DNA of 62,925 bases, counting the filler, from Octopus bimaculoides (taxonomy: Eukaryota), in assembly GCF_001194135.2 (NCBI RefSeq). It is 8 parts of 8 records of this genome, joined end to end, with 100 filler letters (N's around TTAATTAATTAA, not from the genome) between each part and the next. Parts side by side here need not be neighbours in the genome. Positions count along the whole stretch, not along the records: positions 1 to 5,378 come from NC_068998.1; positions 5,479 to 14,579 come from NC_068991.1; 6 more parts are not named here. One strand, given 5' to 3'. Shown here piece after piece: positions 1 through 10,925 of the stretch. The notes below the pieces were generated by a model that saw only the letters and a program-made list of their open reading frames with translations, had not been told where the DNA came from and ran no database searches. A program made the translations under genes and the position numbers. The number at the start of each line of letters is the position of its first letter. Within the stretch, counting starts at the first letter, position 1.

Positions 1-191
1 TATATATATATATATATATATGATAGGATTGCTTGAACATTCAAGGGGTAGTCTGAAGTATCTAAGCAACCAGGGGATAGTTAAATCCGACGTCACTCCT
101 AGAGATTACTTGTGTGGGTACCGTCTTTGTTAGAAGGTATCCAGAGGCAGGTAATTTATCGTTTAAGCCGCAGTTTATAATTATAATCAAG

Positions 192-412
192 TGGAAAATG
201 GAGAAACAAACACAAGAGGAAGCAGGTCAATTGCGCTAGTTAGTCATTGATTTAATTATGTGGAGATTGTATAATGATTCATTGACGATCGTTTCGATGT
301 GCCAATTTGAAACGATCGTTAATGAATCATTATACAATCTCCACATAATTAAATCAATGGCTGACTAGCGCAATTGACCTGCTTTTTCTTGTGTTTGTTT
401 CTCCATTCTCCA
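192..412. repeat. Long inverted repeat (hairpin): 104-bp arms 192-295 and 309-412, 13-nt loop
   Basis: The right arm reverse-complements the left arm with 6 mismatches in 104 bp, read directly from the sequence. Confidence 0.95.
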
Positions 413-514
413 AGCATTCTATGTGAAAAGGGACATGGACAGAAACTGTGTTGAAGTATGCTGGATGGATACTCCCAAGGTGGTCCATTTTACTGTGTAA
501 CTAGACGAAGAAGA

Positions 515-812
515 TTGGCATTCCGTCAGTTATGACGACAAGTGTGCCAGTTGGTCCTATCAACGGAACAGCCTGCTCGTGGAATTAACATACAACTGAC
601 TGAGCACTCCACAGACACGCGTACTCTTAACGTAGTTCTCAAGGTGATTCAGCGAGACACAGAATGTGACAAGGCTGGCCCTTCGAAATCCAGCTGAGTG
701 GACTGGAACGATGTGAGATAAAGCGTCTTGATTAAGAACACAACGCGACGTCCGGGAATCGAACGGGAATTGAACTCACGATCTTGCGATCGTGAGCCGA
801 GAACCCTAACAC
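515..812 (-). mobile_element. tRNA-derived SINE: head module H plus the 3' tail shared with SINE family C
   Basis: Minus strand reads a tRNA-like head (gttagggttctcggctcacgatcg...gttcgattccc), then ttgtgttcttaatcaagacgc, then the tail gtctgtggagtgctcag...gacggaatgccaa also seen at 11636 and 33416. Confidence 0.8.
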
Positions 813-853
813 ACATCTACATCTATGTATATACCTATATACATGCATGGATT

Positions 854-857
<4 letters not shown>

Positions 858-908
<51 letters not shown>

Positions 909-917
909 CATCTCTCC

Positions 918-954
<37 letters not shown>
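858..954. repeat. (TCTA)n plus (TA)n microsatellites
   Basis: Seen directly. Confidence 0.95.
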
Positions 955-959
<5 letters not shown>

Positions 960-1404
960 GTGTGTGTATGTGTGTTTGCATGCGAAATGTATGTGCGTGT
1001 GTGTAGGTAAATATAACACCCATGCAAGCAAATATGCATATTCACTCGCACACATCTGTCCTGAAATATTATGACTTTCATTTGTGATTTTAGATTGAAG
1101 AAAGCGAACAAATGGTAAAAAACACGGTTAACTGATCTATATCTTCACTTCCTTCTTCTAACGCATATCTCTTGAAAATTTTCTCGCGCGTCTCCAATTG
1201 GTAAGTACACAAAAACAAACATTTCGAAGAAAGACTAGACATAGACAACTTTGACAGAGTTGAAAAATTTCAGTATTCAAAAAAGAACTAATAACTGAAA
1301 GCGATAAAAAAAATATATAGATAAGTTGACAAATAACAAATTTAAGAGCTGAAATACAAAGAAAAATTAAGATATGATGTGAGAGAGAACGTGTAACAGT
1401 GAGA

Positions 1405-1428
1405 GAAAGAGAGAGAGAGAGAGAGAGG

Positions 1429-1486
<58 letters not shown>

Positions 1487-1503
1487 TAGATAGATAGAGA
1501 GAG
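1405..1503. repeat. (GA)n microsatellite
   Basis: Seen directly. Confidence 0.95.
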
Positions 1504-1586
1504 AGATGGTGAAGAAGGGAAAGAAAACAGGCTTGGATATGAGTCAATGTATTTTATTACATTGCATATGTAGCAGCTGAAGGGAT

Positions 1587-1588
1587 GC

Positions 1589-1647
<59 letters not shown>

Positions 1648-1863
1648 GTTTCAAATTTTGGAACAAGGGCAGCAATTTTGGGGGAGAGAATGGGTCGATT
1701 ACATCGACCCCCAGAGTTCAACTGGTACTTACTTTATCGACCCCGAAAGGAAGAAAGGCAAAGTCAGCTTCGATGGAATTTGAACTCGGAACGTTTGCGA
1801 CGGGCGAAATACTGCTAAGCATTTCGTCCAGCGTCCTAACGGTTCTGTCAACTCGCCGCCTTC
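1587..1863 (-). mobile_element. SINE family B with (TTA)n tail
   Basis: Minus strand has box A/B-like gagttgacagaaccg / gagttcaaattcc, central domain ctttcttcctttcggggtcgataaagtaagtaccagtt, and a (TAA)n tract at the 3' end. Confidence 0.85.
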
Positions 1864-1864
1864 A

Positions 1865-1865
1865 G

Positions 1866-1939
<74 letters not shown>

Positions 1940-1962
1940 ATAATAATAATAATAATAATAAT
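1865..1962. repeat. (CTA)n followed by (TAA)n microsatellite
   Basis: Seen directly. Confidence 0.95.
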
Positions 1963-2029
1963 AGTAATTCTTTTTTCTATTTTTTCTGTCTTTTTCTTTT
2001 CGCCTGTTATAAAATTGTAACTTAAAAAC

Positions 2030-2230
2030 TGATGATGTCATTCCATCAACGTGTGGACGCAGGTTGCTCTCGTTCATACTTTACGTTTAAATTTCTATAA
2101 TTTTGAATTTTTATCACTTCTTATTTTAAACTTGAAAAGACAGACGTACTGTTGAAATATCGTTGAACTAATAAAATATCTTTCAATCGAATCGCGCTCT
2201 TCGTCTTGACTGTTTACCTTTGTGAAGAGT
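2030..2230 (+). mobile_element. Penelope-like element terminal fragment (putative)
   Basis: cttgaaaagacagacgtactgttgaaatatcg...aataaa resembles the TGANGA-stem-GAAA-AATAAA layout of Penelope pseudo-LTRs; degenerate. Confidence 0.35.
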
Positions 2231-2249
2231 TACGTCAATCCTTTTTAGA

Positions 2250-2304
<55 letters not shown>

Positions 2305-2503
2305 TCTTTTCTGCTGTAGGCACAAAGGCTGGGGAAAGTGGAGGGGATTGTCGATTATATCAACCCCAGAACTTAACGGGTGCTTATTTCATAGCTCCCT
2401 CCCACAGAAGATGAAAATCAAAATTGACCTCTGTGGAATTTGAACTCAGAAGGTAAAGACGGAAGCAATGCCACTCGTGCTAATGGTTCTGCCAGATCGC
2501 TGC
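2250..2503 (-). mobile_element. SINE family B, diverged, with (TTA)n tail
   Basis: ggaatttgaactcagaa and ctgccagatcgc head motifs, aligned by eye to other copies. Confidence 0.7.
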
Positions 2504-3011
2504 ATGTTCAAGTATAATACAGCCAACAATCACTCACCAATAAGTATGGATGGTTTGGTTGCATGTATTATGCTTTCGCGATATTTGTTCTGGTTGGATG
2601 TGCTGTGAGTTTAAATCCCACCAAGGCCACCTTTGCCTTCTGTTCTTTTATGGTCAATACAATTTATAATCAGTCCAGGGAAATGAATTGACAGAAGCTT
2701 GAGAGCCTTGGACTAGATAGCTTGCGCTATTCCTACTCTCTATGTTAGACTTATGTGGTAGACCAAAATCGGTTGCCCGCCACTGGGTTTTGGGTAACTG
2801 TAGCAAGCATTCAAGTCATGTCTTCGGTAAGAGGATAATTTTCTCCCTTTATCTAAGCAACCTCGATGACTCTTAAAATCTGAAAGATCGTGTTTGTTGC
2901 ACTTACTTTTTTGACTAAACGGTAAAAAACAAAATAGATAAAAATCACTCAAACACCTACATATCCGCAACCATAAATATCACTACCAGCTTTATTAATA
3001 GTTTTCTAATA

Positions 3012-3228
3012 TTAGTTTCAAATTGTGGCACAAGGCCAGCGATTTCGGAGGAGGGGCTAAGTCGAATAATCGATACCAATGCTCAACTGGTACTTTTTTT
3101 TTATTGACTCCGAAAGGATGAAAGGTAAAGTCGATTTCGGCGGAATTTGAACTCAGAACGTAAAGATAGCGAAATGCCGCTAAGCATTTTGCCCGGCGTG
3201 CTCACGATTCTGTCAACTCGCTGCCTTC
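3012..3228 (-). mobile_element. SINE family B
   Basis: ccgaaaggatgaaaggtaaagtcgatttcggcggaatttgaactcagaac core. Confidence 0.85.
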
Positions 3229-4496
3229 AAAGGATTTTCTAATATTGGCCCAGTACTTCACTCATAGAAGAATATTGTAAATTGAATCTATCTCTGCTCG
3301 TGTCTATTGTTTTAAAATTTTATCTGTCTCAGATCTACGAAATGATAAATCAACACTGACAGGATTTGATCTCACAATAAAGAAGAACGACTTGTTTCTA
3401 ATCACCGTGATTATTTGCCACGAACTAGCGGCATCCATACTTTTCTTTCCAAGCCAGTTTGTCGCAGTCCAAGAGAATTGGTTTAATACCTCACGGAACT
3501 GAAACAGGTTCACGAACTCTTTTTGCAGGAAGTTTATTTCTTGCCGTTACAAGATCTGTTTCTTTTTACTTCGTACACATACATTATATTTTAATGGAAG
3601 AGAAATTGAAGTTGTAATATTCTTAAAGGTAATATTGTGTTAATTGAGTGTGTGAGTTCCAAAGCTTATTTGAAGCTACGCGTCCATTTGAGTTGCCTAG
3701 AGTATCGTTTGAGTTATTTCTACAACAATGATATTGATTATAGCTCCAGGAAAGCACACATTTAATAGACCGACAATGAAAAGCTTTCTAGCCATGACTA
3801 TTCGACTGTTATTTCGTGTACAGTATAACTAGGTTTCCATTATGCAATGTCTCCTGCCTGCTGTTAAAAGATTAGGGTCAAATTTGATGGTGATTTGGCT
3901 GTATTGATTTGCAAGTTGAGTGACCACATGAAGATTTCCTTATCGATTCGTAAATAATCTTGTTTTTTTTTTAAAGAAAACTTTGAAAACTTTTGTAAAT
4001 GAATCATAAGCGGTATGGTTGATTGAAGAGATCCTAGTAAATTACTGGTTCTTACTCTAACGATTTCAGAAGTGGCATTGTAAAACACATAATCTAGACA
4101 GCTTGTTAGAGAGATTGAGGGAGAAAGAGAATCAATAATGTACTGAATTTAGTTTGACGCTTGCTGTTTCCGTTGCACTGAATGTTTTACAACAAAATAA
4201 TACAACAAAAACGGTTCTGACATACGATAATATTACTAACTAGAAGAATGTTAACTAACCCATGGCGAGCTAAGTAACTTACATTACTTGACAAAATCTG
4301 TTTCATTGGAGACAATCACTTCTGTATATTTTAATGTGTATCACGCACTCAAAATTAATGGAGTTTTTAGTTTTCTAACACGCAATGCGATAAAGACGTT
4401 ATCTACATAAATTATTCTCTAAGAGTCCATGAGCACTTCAGAAAAAAAAAAGGCTTTTTGCTCTGTATTTATGGGTGTGTCCATGCAAATGCGAAT

Positions 4497-4527
<31 letters not shown>

Positions 4528-4997
4528 TATATTCATGTAAACACAGACATATTTTTGTACACTCACATATCTCCAACCCACACACACATTTGTAAAAACA
4601 CACACATAAATATATGTTTGCAGTTGATAACAGTTTGCGTCAATGCAAAAAAGAAAAAAACCCGCCAGTAAAAAGCTACACTGCTGTCATTCGTAAATCT
4701 TTGTTTGAAATATTGGCTAAGCAAACGGTTTAAAGAGATTTCATATACTTGAAATTGTTTATACTATGTTAGGATTTCGTCTAAGTGGAACTCGAAATCC
4801 CATATGTTCTTCATTTATTTGTAAATATTGATATGTCCCCACCCAGCCTACCAATAGATCAATGCAGCTGAACATCAATAAATTGTGAGAGGGCATCAAC
4901 GAAATATACTTATTAGTCTAATCTTTTATGTAACTGATTTATTGCTGACGGTATTAAGTTTTACAACTTCATTATTTTGTGACAGCTGTATCGTAGC

Positions 4998-5378
4998 AAT
5001 ACATACATACAAGCATACATACATACATACCTACCTACATACATACATACATACATAATACAAGCATACATACATACATACATACATACATACATACATA
5101 CATACATAATACAAGCATACATACATACATACATACAAGCATGCATACATACATACGTACATACATACATACATAATACAAGCATACATACATACATGCA
5201 TACATACATACCTACAAGCATACATACATACATACATACATACATACATACGTACATACATACATACATACATAATACATACAAGCATACATACATACAT
5301 ACATACATACATACAAGCATGCATACATACATACATACATATATACATACATACATAATACAAGCATACATAAATACA
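4998..5378. repeat. Compound (ACAT)n satellite with recurrent aatacaagc interruptions
   Basis: Seen directly; ends at a gap. Confidence 0.9.
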
Positions 5379-5478
5379 NNNNNNNNNNNNNNNNNNNNNN
5401 NNNNNNNNNNNNNNNNNNNNNNTTAATTAATTAANNNNNNNNNNNNNNNNNNNNNNNNNNNNNNNNNNNNNNNNNNNN
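5379..5478. other. Assembly gap spacer 44N-TTAATTAATTAA-44N (same spacer at 14624, 22317, 38154, 48910, 53500, 58277)
   Basis: The same 100-base construction occurs seven times; the 12-mer gives stops in all six frames. Confidence 0.95.
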
Positions 5479-5498
<20 letters not shown>

Positions 5499-5512
<14 letters not shown>

Positions 5513-5683
5513 CATATATACGACGGCCTTCTTTCAGTTTCCGTCTACCAAATCCACTCACAAGGCTTTGGTCGGCCCGAGGCTATAGTAGAAGACACTT
5601 GCCCAAGGTGCCACGCAGTGAAACTGAACCCGGAACCATGTGGTTCGTTAGCAAGCTACTTACCACACAGCCACTCCTACGCC
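5499..5683 (-). mobile_element. SINE family A, 5' half
   Basis: Minus strand ggcgtaggagtggctgtgtggtaag...ggttcag...ggcaccttgggcaagtgtcttctactatagcctcgggccgaccaaagccttg, ending in the internal (TA)n tract. Confidence 0.9.
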
Positions 5684-5699
5684 TATGTTGTTTAATCTT

Positions 5700-5890
5700 A
5701 ACGTTCCGTTCTCTTTCTGCTGACTGACGATCAAAGACATTCCAATCTTGACCATCTCATCTTATACCCAGACCTCATACTTCGGGTCCATATTATCAAA
5801 CATGCCCATTCCTTTAGATTGCAGCACGTCATTTGAGATAAAAAAATTTGGCTGCGATTTCTAGCAAGTCGAACGACCGAGTAGAGTAAG
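5700..5890. mobile_element. Old dispersed repeat family G (related copies near 7735-7810, 8590-8765 inverted, 10185-10385)
   Basis: Shared degenerate motif gatcaaag-cattcca-c-tgaccatc and atttctagca-gtc; class unknown. Confidence 0.4.
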
Positions 5891-6444
5891 TCTCGTGTTC
5901 AATGCGGTTGAGTGAGGTGGGGGTTGGTAGGTGGAAACACAGCAACGATGCCAGAAGGAACTCCAGACGTGTGTATTCTGGGTGGAGAGAGTGGTATACA
6001 CATTAAAAATTTGATATTACAAATTTATATATTTTTTTTTTAATTACATAATAGCAATTTAAGTAAAAATTAAGTAAAATTAACCCAAAGGCTAAAAAAG
6101 AAAAAAAAAATAGTCATTTCTACATTTTTACATTCAGTTTGTTCATTAGCGTTTATTTTTGAAAATATTTTCCCAACTGTAAATAGCAAATATTTTGTTG
6201 TCTGATAATGCAAGCTTTAAAGAATTTAATGTGAATCCATAGTTTAGGNNNNNNNNNNNNNNNNNNNNNNNNNNNNNNNNNNNNNNNNNNNNNNNNNNNN
6301 NNNNNNNNNNNNNNNNNNNNNNNNNNNNNNNNNNNNNNNNNNNNNNNNNNNNNNNNNNNNNNNNNNNNNNNNNNNNNNNNNNNNNNNNNNNNNNNNNNNN
6401 NNNNNNNNNNNNNNNNNNNNNNNNNNNNNNNNNNNNNNNNNNNN

Positions 6445-6492
<48 letters not shown>

Positions 6493-6829
6493 GAGGAAAG
6501 AAAGACAAAAGATCAATACACCGCCTGTGAATCGATCAGTAACGGTAGTTTGTTTGGTGAGTAAAATAAATCTTTTATTATTTTTAGTCTAATTGTTTCC
6601 TCCCAGTTGTGGTCCTGGATGAGTGTGTGTGTGTGTGTGTGTGTGTGTGGCAGCAGCAGTGCCGTCCTAGATATATTTGGTCATTTGTCTTATATGGGTC
6701 ATACATACAGTTGTTTGGAAACAAGTAACAAGATCACCCGGAAATACTACCCGAGTTGGACTTGACTCCTAACCATTCACAAAGAATAGGACAATTATAA
6801 ATAATAATAATTATTATTATTATTTCTGT

Positions 6830-7040
6830 ATTTTCCCACATGGGGCTAAACATAGACGGGACAAACAAGGACAGACAAAGGGATTAAGTCGATTAAATCG
6901 ACTCCAGTGCGTAACTGGTACTTATTTAATCGACCCCGAAAGGATGAAAGGCAAAGTCGACCTCGGCGGGATTTGAACTCAGAACGTAACGGCAGATACC
7001 GCTAAGCATTTCGCCCGGCGCGCTAACGACTCTGCCAGCT
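6830..7040 (-). mobile_element. SINE family B variant with a different 3' end
   Basis: Canonical B core, with gggacaaacaaggacagacaaaggg replacing the usual tail. Confidence 0.8.
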
Positions 7041-7162
7041 GACGGGTAGTCATGATGGGTATAATGAGCTTCGTATATTTTACCCCCGGGTCACTTTGAC
7101 GGCATGCACTGCTCTCTCACTCAATAATAATAATAATAATGATGATAATAATAATAATAACA
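7041..7162 (+). mobile_element. 3' end of a non-LTR retroelement with (TAA)n tail
   Basis: gtcactttgacggcatgcactgctctctcactc followed by (AAT)n; it truncates the head of the adjacent SINE B. Family assignment is inferred. Confidence 0.5.
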
Positions 7163-7385
7163 ACTAGTTGTTTCCAATGTTGGCACAAAGGCCGGAAATT
7201 TGGAGATAGGGCTAGTCGATTACATCGTCCTCAGTATGTTCAAATGGTACTTAATTTATCGACCCTGAAAGGATGATAGGCAAAGTCGACCTCGTCGGAA
7301 TTTGAACTCAGAACGTGCAGACAGACGAAAAGCCACTAAGCATTTTGCCCGGCGCGCTAACGATTCTGCTAGTAGCTCGTCACCT
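7163..7385 (-). mobile_element. SINE family B
   Basis: Canonical core and head. Confidence 0.85.
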
Positions 7386-7395
7386 TTCCCCCCTC

Positions 7396-7397
<2 letters not shown>

Positions 7398-7427
<30 letters not shown>

Positions 7428-7600
7428 CCTTTCAACTATAGGCCCAAGGCCTGAAATTTGCGGGTAGGATTAAGTCGATTACATCGACTCCAGTGTTTCA
7501 CTGGTACTTAATTTATCGACCCCGAATGGATGAAAGGCAAAGTTGGCCTCGGCGGAATTTGAACCTAGAATGTAGAGAAACGAAAGGCTGAAAAGCATTT
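7398..7600 (-). mobile_element. SINE family B, 5' end degraded, with (TTA)n tail
   Basis: Canonical core. Confidence 0.85.
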
Positions 7601-7859
7601 TGGATAATGATAGATATATATAAATAAATAATGAGCAAAGTATTGGCCTTTAAACAAACTCCTTTAAGTCAAATAATTTACGTACAAGAATTCAAAGAAC
7701 TTTATTGGAATTGTTGATGTTGTTTGTTATTCCGTGTGTCAACCCTAACTGAACAGTCTTATTATTAACGTTATTCCAGCCATGACCATCCTGTCATTTT
7801 CTGAGTTTCTGGGATGGCATAATTTTAATATGTTAGTTCGCGTTACTCCGTAAGGAGTA

Positions 7860-8077
7860 TAGCGCCGGTTTCCCGGTCTCTCTAGCATATACGTTCCCCA
7901 TCTGGACGGGACACCGGTCCATTGCAGGGTTACTCATTTTTACCGGCTGAGTGAACTGGTGCAAAGTGAAACGAAGTGTTTTGCTCAAGAACACAACCCA
8001 TCGCCTGCTCCAGGAATCGAAACCGCAATCTTACGATCATGAGCCCAACACCTTATCCACTAAGCCATGCGCCTCCA
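7860..8077 (-). mobile_element. tRNA-derived SINE: head H plus V-domain-like segment (an extra tail fragment lies at 8108-8172)
   Basis: Head tggaggcgcatggcttagtgg...gtttcgattcc; central aaccctgcaatggaccggtgtcccgtccag resembles the V-SINE domain as recalled. Confidence 0.7.
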
Positions 8078-8765
8078 CAATTATACTCTCATTTAATATA
8101 AAAACGATAAACGTCGCCCTTTCAAATCCTAGCCAGGCTCATGGGCCCGGTTTCCCGGTTTCTATGGCGTATGTGAATTCTCTTACTCCAGAAATGATTA
8201 AGTAAGAAGCTAGCAATCCCTTCTCATAGAAAAACTGGTGTGTTACAGAAACCGTTGCCCCTAGCCTAAATGCAAGCATTCAGACATGGTCTCTAGTCAA
8301 AGGACCACTTCCTCCCTTCCTACAGCTAGTCTTGGAAGCTTCAAAAAGGGGTTATACCCTCTGCTGGACCCTTTCTAACGTAAAAAATGTCAACCAGTCA
8401 AGTTTCCATTTTCCTTACTCGACTGAAAAAGGTCACTGAAAGTGCTAGGTATAGAAATAACAGCTAAATATCTCTTTTTGATATTTGAGTGCAAAGGGTC
8501 AATCAAGTATCTCTAAGTGAAATAGGAACCAAATATCCCTCAAATCTCCCCGCTTGATACTAGAGTGAGAAGAGTCACTGAATCTACTAAAAGTAGAAAT
8601 AGCAGCCAAATTTCTCTCAACTCAGAAACAGTTACTGTTTTAAATAACGGCAGGACACATCAGATAATGCCATCCTACAAATGTTAAAAAAGGATTGGAG
8701 GGTCATGGCCGGCGTGTTCTTTTGATTATGAGTCTGCTCGATCAGAACCGACGCAGGAAATAACA

Positions 8766-9055
8766 TTAACCACCACTACCACCGCCACCGGTACCAATTC
8801 CCCTGTCTACTGTCACTACCATTACTACTACCACTACCACTATAACCACCAGCATCGCCACTACTACCACCACTACCACTACAACCACCAGCATCGCCAC
8901 TACCACTACAATCACCAGCATCACCACTACTACTACCACTACCACTACAACCACCAGCATCACCACTACTACCACCACAACTACCACTACCACTACTACT
9001 ACCACTAACACTACAACCACCACCACCACTACCACCATCAACAACAAATTACAAC
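8766..9055. repeat. (ACC/ACT)n compound trinucleotide repeat
   Basis: Seen directly; source of the poly-Val ORF. Confidence 0.95.
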
Positions 9056-9367
9056 AAATGGCACCACATATGTCTGCAAAAAACCAAACGTGGTGGTCAT
9101 GACTGACCCGGAGTTAAATAACAACTACTTCAAAAATCCCAGAAAGATAATTTGGCAAATACGGCTATGGTCGGGTTTGAACTCAGGACTTCAATGAATG
9201 TAGTGTACATTCTACAGTTTCTACCATTGCATATTTATGTTTCAACCAATGGTTTTCATTCATCTTTTACCTATGGATCCCTTTGATTCCCATGTAGCTC
9301 AGGTGACGGAGGAAACCCTCACAGCCATTCGATATCTTAAAACTATTGCCTTTTTTTTTTACCATAA

Positions 9368-9783
9368 GCGCAGGCGTAGCTGTGTGGTAAGAAGCTTGCT
9401 TTCCAACCACATGGTTCCGCGTTCACTCCCACTGCGTGGAACCTTGGGCAAGTATCTTCTACTATAGCCTCGGGCCGACCAAAGCCGTGAGTGGATTTGG
9501 TAGACGGAAACTGAAAGAAGCTCGTCGTATATATGTATATGTGTGTATTTATGTGTGTCTTTGTGTCTGTGTATGTCCCTTTCCCCCACCTACATTGCTT
9601 GACAACCGATGCTAGTGTGGTTGCGTCCCCGTTAGACTAGCGGTTCGACAAAAGAGACTGAAAGAATAAGTACTAGGCTTTAAAAAAGTAATAAGTCCTG
9701 GAGTCGATTTGTTCGACTATAAAAACCTTTTACGGCTGTACTCCAGCATGGCCGCAGTCAAATGGCTGAAACAAGTAAAAGAA
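9368..9783 (+). mobile_element. SINE family A, full length
   Basis: tRNA-like head, ccttgggcaag domain, internal TA/TG tract, 3' gctccagcatggccgcagtcaaatg-ctgaaacaagtaaaag. Confidence 0.92.
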
Positions 9784-9959
9784 TCTAAAATCTATTATAT
9801 TTTTGTTTAAATATTAGGAATTGTATTTTAAAATGTGTAAATATTTTGTACATAAATTCTAAGAGCAAAATCTTACGTGAACTCCCAAGGGTTACATGGA
9901 ACCACTGGTTTGAATGTTGTTAATAATGGCCCTAGGAAAAAGAAGGGAACGCTATAGTA

Positions 9960-10120
9960 TAGATATCGACAAGGCGGCCCTTTTTTTTTTTCGAGAAGCG
10001 GGCCGCATGAGACATGGTATGGTTCTTCATCAGGCGGACCGCAGTACTAAAATAAAATCAAGGTAACTTTTCCATAGGCGTGCCATTCAGAAAGCACCGC
10101 GGGCCACAGTTTTACCCAGG
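9960..10120. mobile_element. Degenerate hAT-type MITE (putative)
   Basis: gcggccc/gcgggccgca subterminal motifs and gcgggccacagttttacccagg end; no target-site duplication (TSD) seen. Confidence 0.35.
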
Positions 10121-10925
10121 ATAGTAAATAGCCTCCCGTAAATTTTCGGACTCGTGATAAAGAAAACCGATGTCTGTGCCGTTGTTGCTGTTGTTTTTAG
10201 TACTGTTATTTACCCTCTGATTGAGCAAACGCGTGATCAGAGGCTTTCTAGCCGTGACCGCCATGTCTTTTTTCCTATGTAAAGGAAACCCAGAACCACA
10301 TTATCTGATACGTTCTGCTTTTCGAAATAATGCAGGTGTAATTCGAAAGGGATTTACTTGCTATTTCAAGCATGGTGAACGACCACATAGAGGCACCTTT
10401 GTTGGCTCGCGTTGCTGATTGTGTGTGTGTGTGTGTGTGTCATAACTGGACTGACCTATAATCAAAGTTATTCCAAACGTAGTCACCTTGCATCGTATAT
10501 AATCTTCTTAGACATAGTATATCTCAGACTACACTATCCAATGTGTCCAGCTTTCAGAAGTTATATGATTCAAAATAGATTTAGCTGCTGTTTCTAGTAT
10601 ATCATGCGACTACGTAGGGGATGTATATCGCAAAATTCTCCAAAGTGGGAAATAAAAAAACCTCCCCCTTTCACTTCTACAGCCACTGTCTTTTCTCCGA
10701 GACGGTTTCAATCCCGAGACCAACCAGCTTCACTTCTTTCCATTTACAGAACTCATTCACTGATTATTTTATAAAGGCATGAACCTCACAAATTCCACAT
10801 TTGTCTAAGTACACGCCTTAAAATACACATTTGGCTTTTTTTTTTCTTCTAATATTATCTAACACAGTGGTTCTCAACAGGGATCAATACGGTCCTTGGA
10901 AGTCCATATAAGATTTTATTGTTCG

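Noticed and set aside
728-1111. ORFs rich in IY, LS, CV, HT or MYVC (also 4961-5426, 26890-27258, 32256-32905, 45947-46310 and others)
   Set aside because: Translations of di-, tri- and tetranucleotide microsatellites.
3304-4321. Minus-strand ORFs and exon-like pieces (4056-4093 YVFYNATSEIVR; 4283-4321; 3304-3498)
   Set aside because: The 38-nt piece has good splice signals, but neighbours either contain stops or have weak acceptors, and no protein similarity is recognised; insufficient support.
8766-9047. Poly-Val ORF resembling a membrane or structural protein
   Set aside because: Reverse translation of an (ACC/ACT)n repeat.
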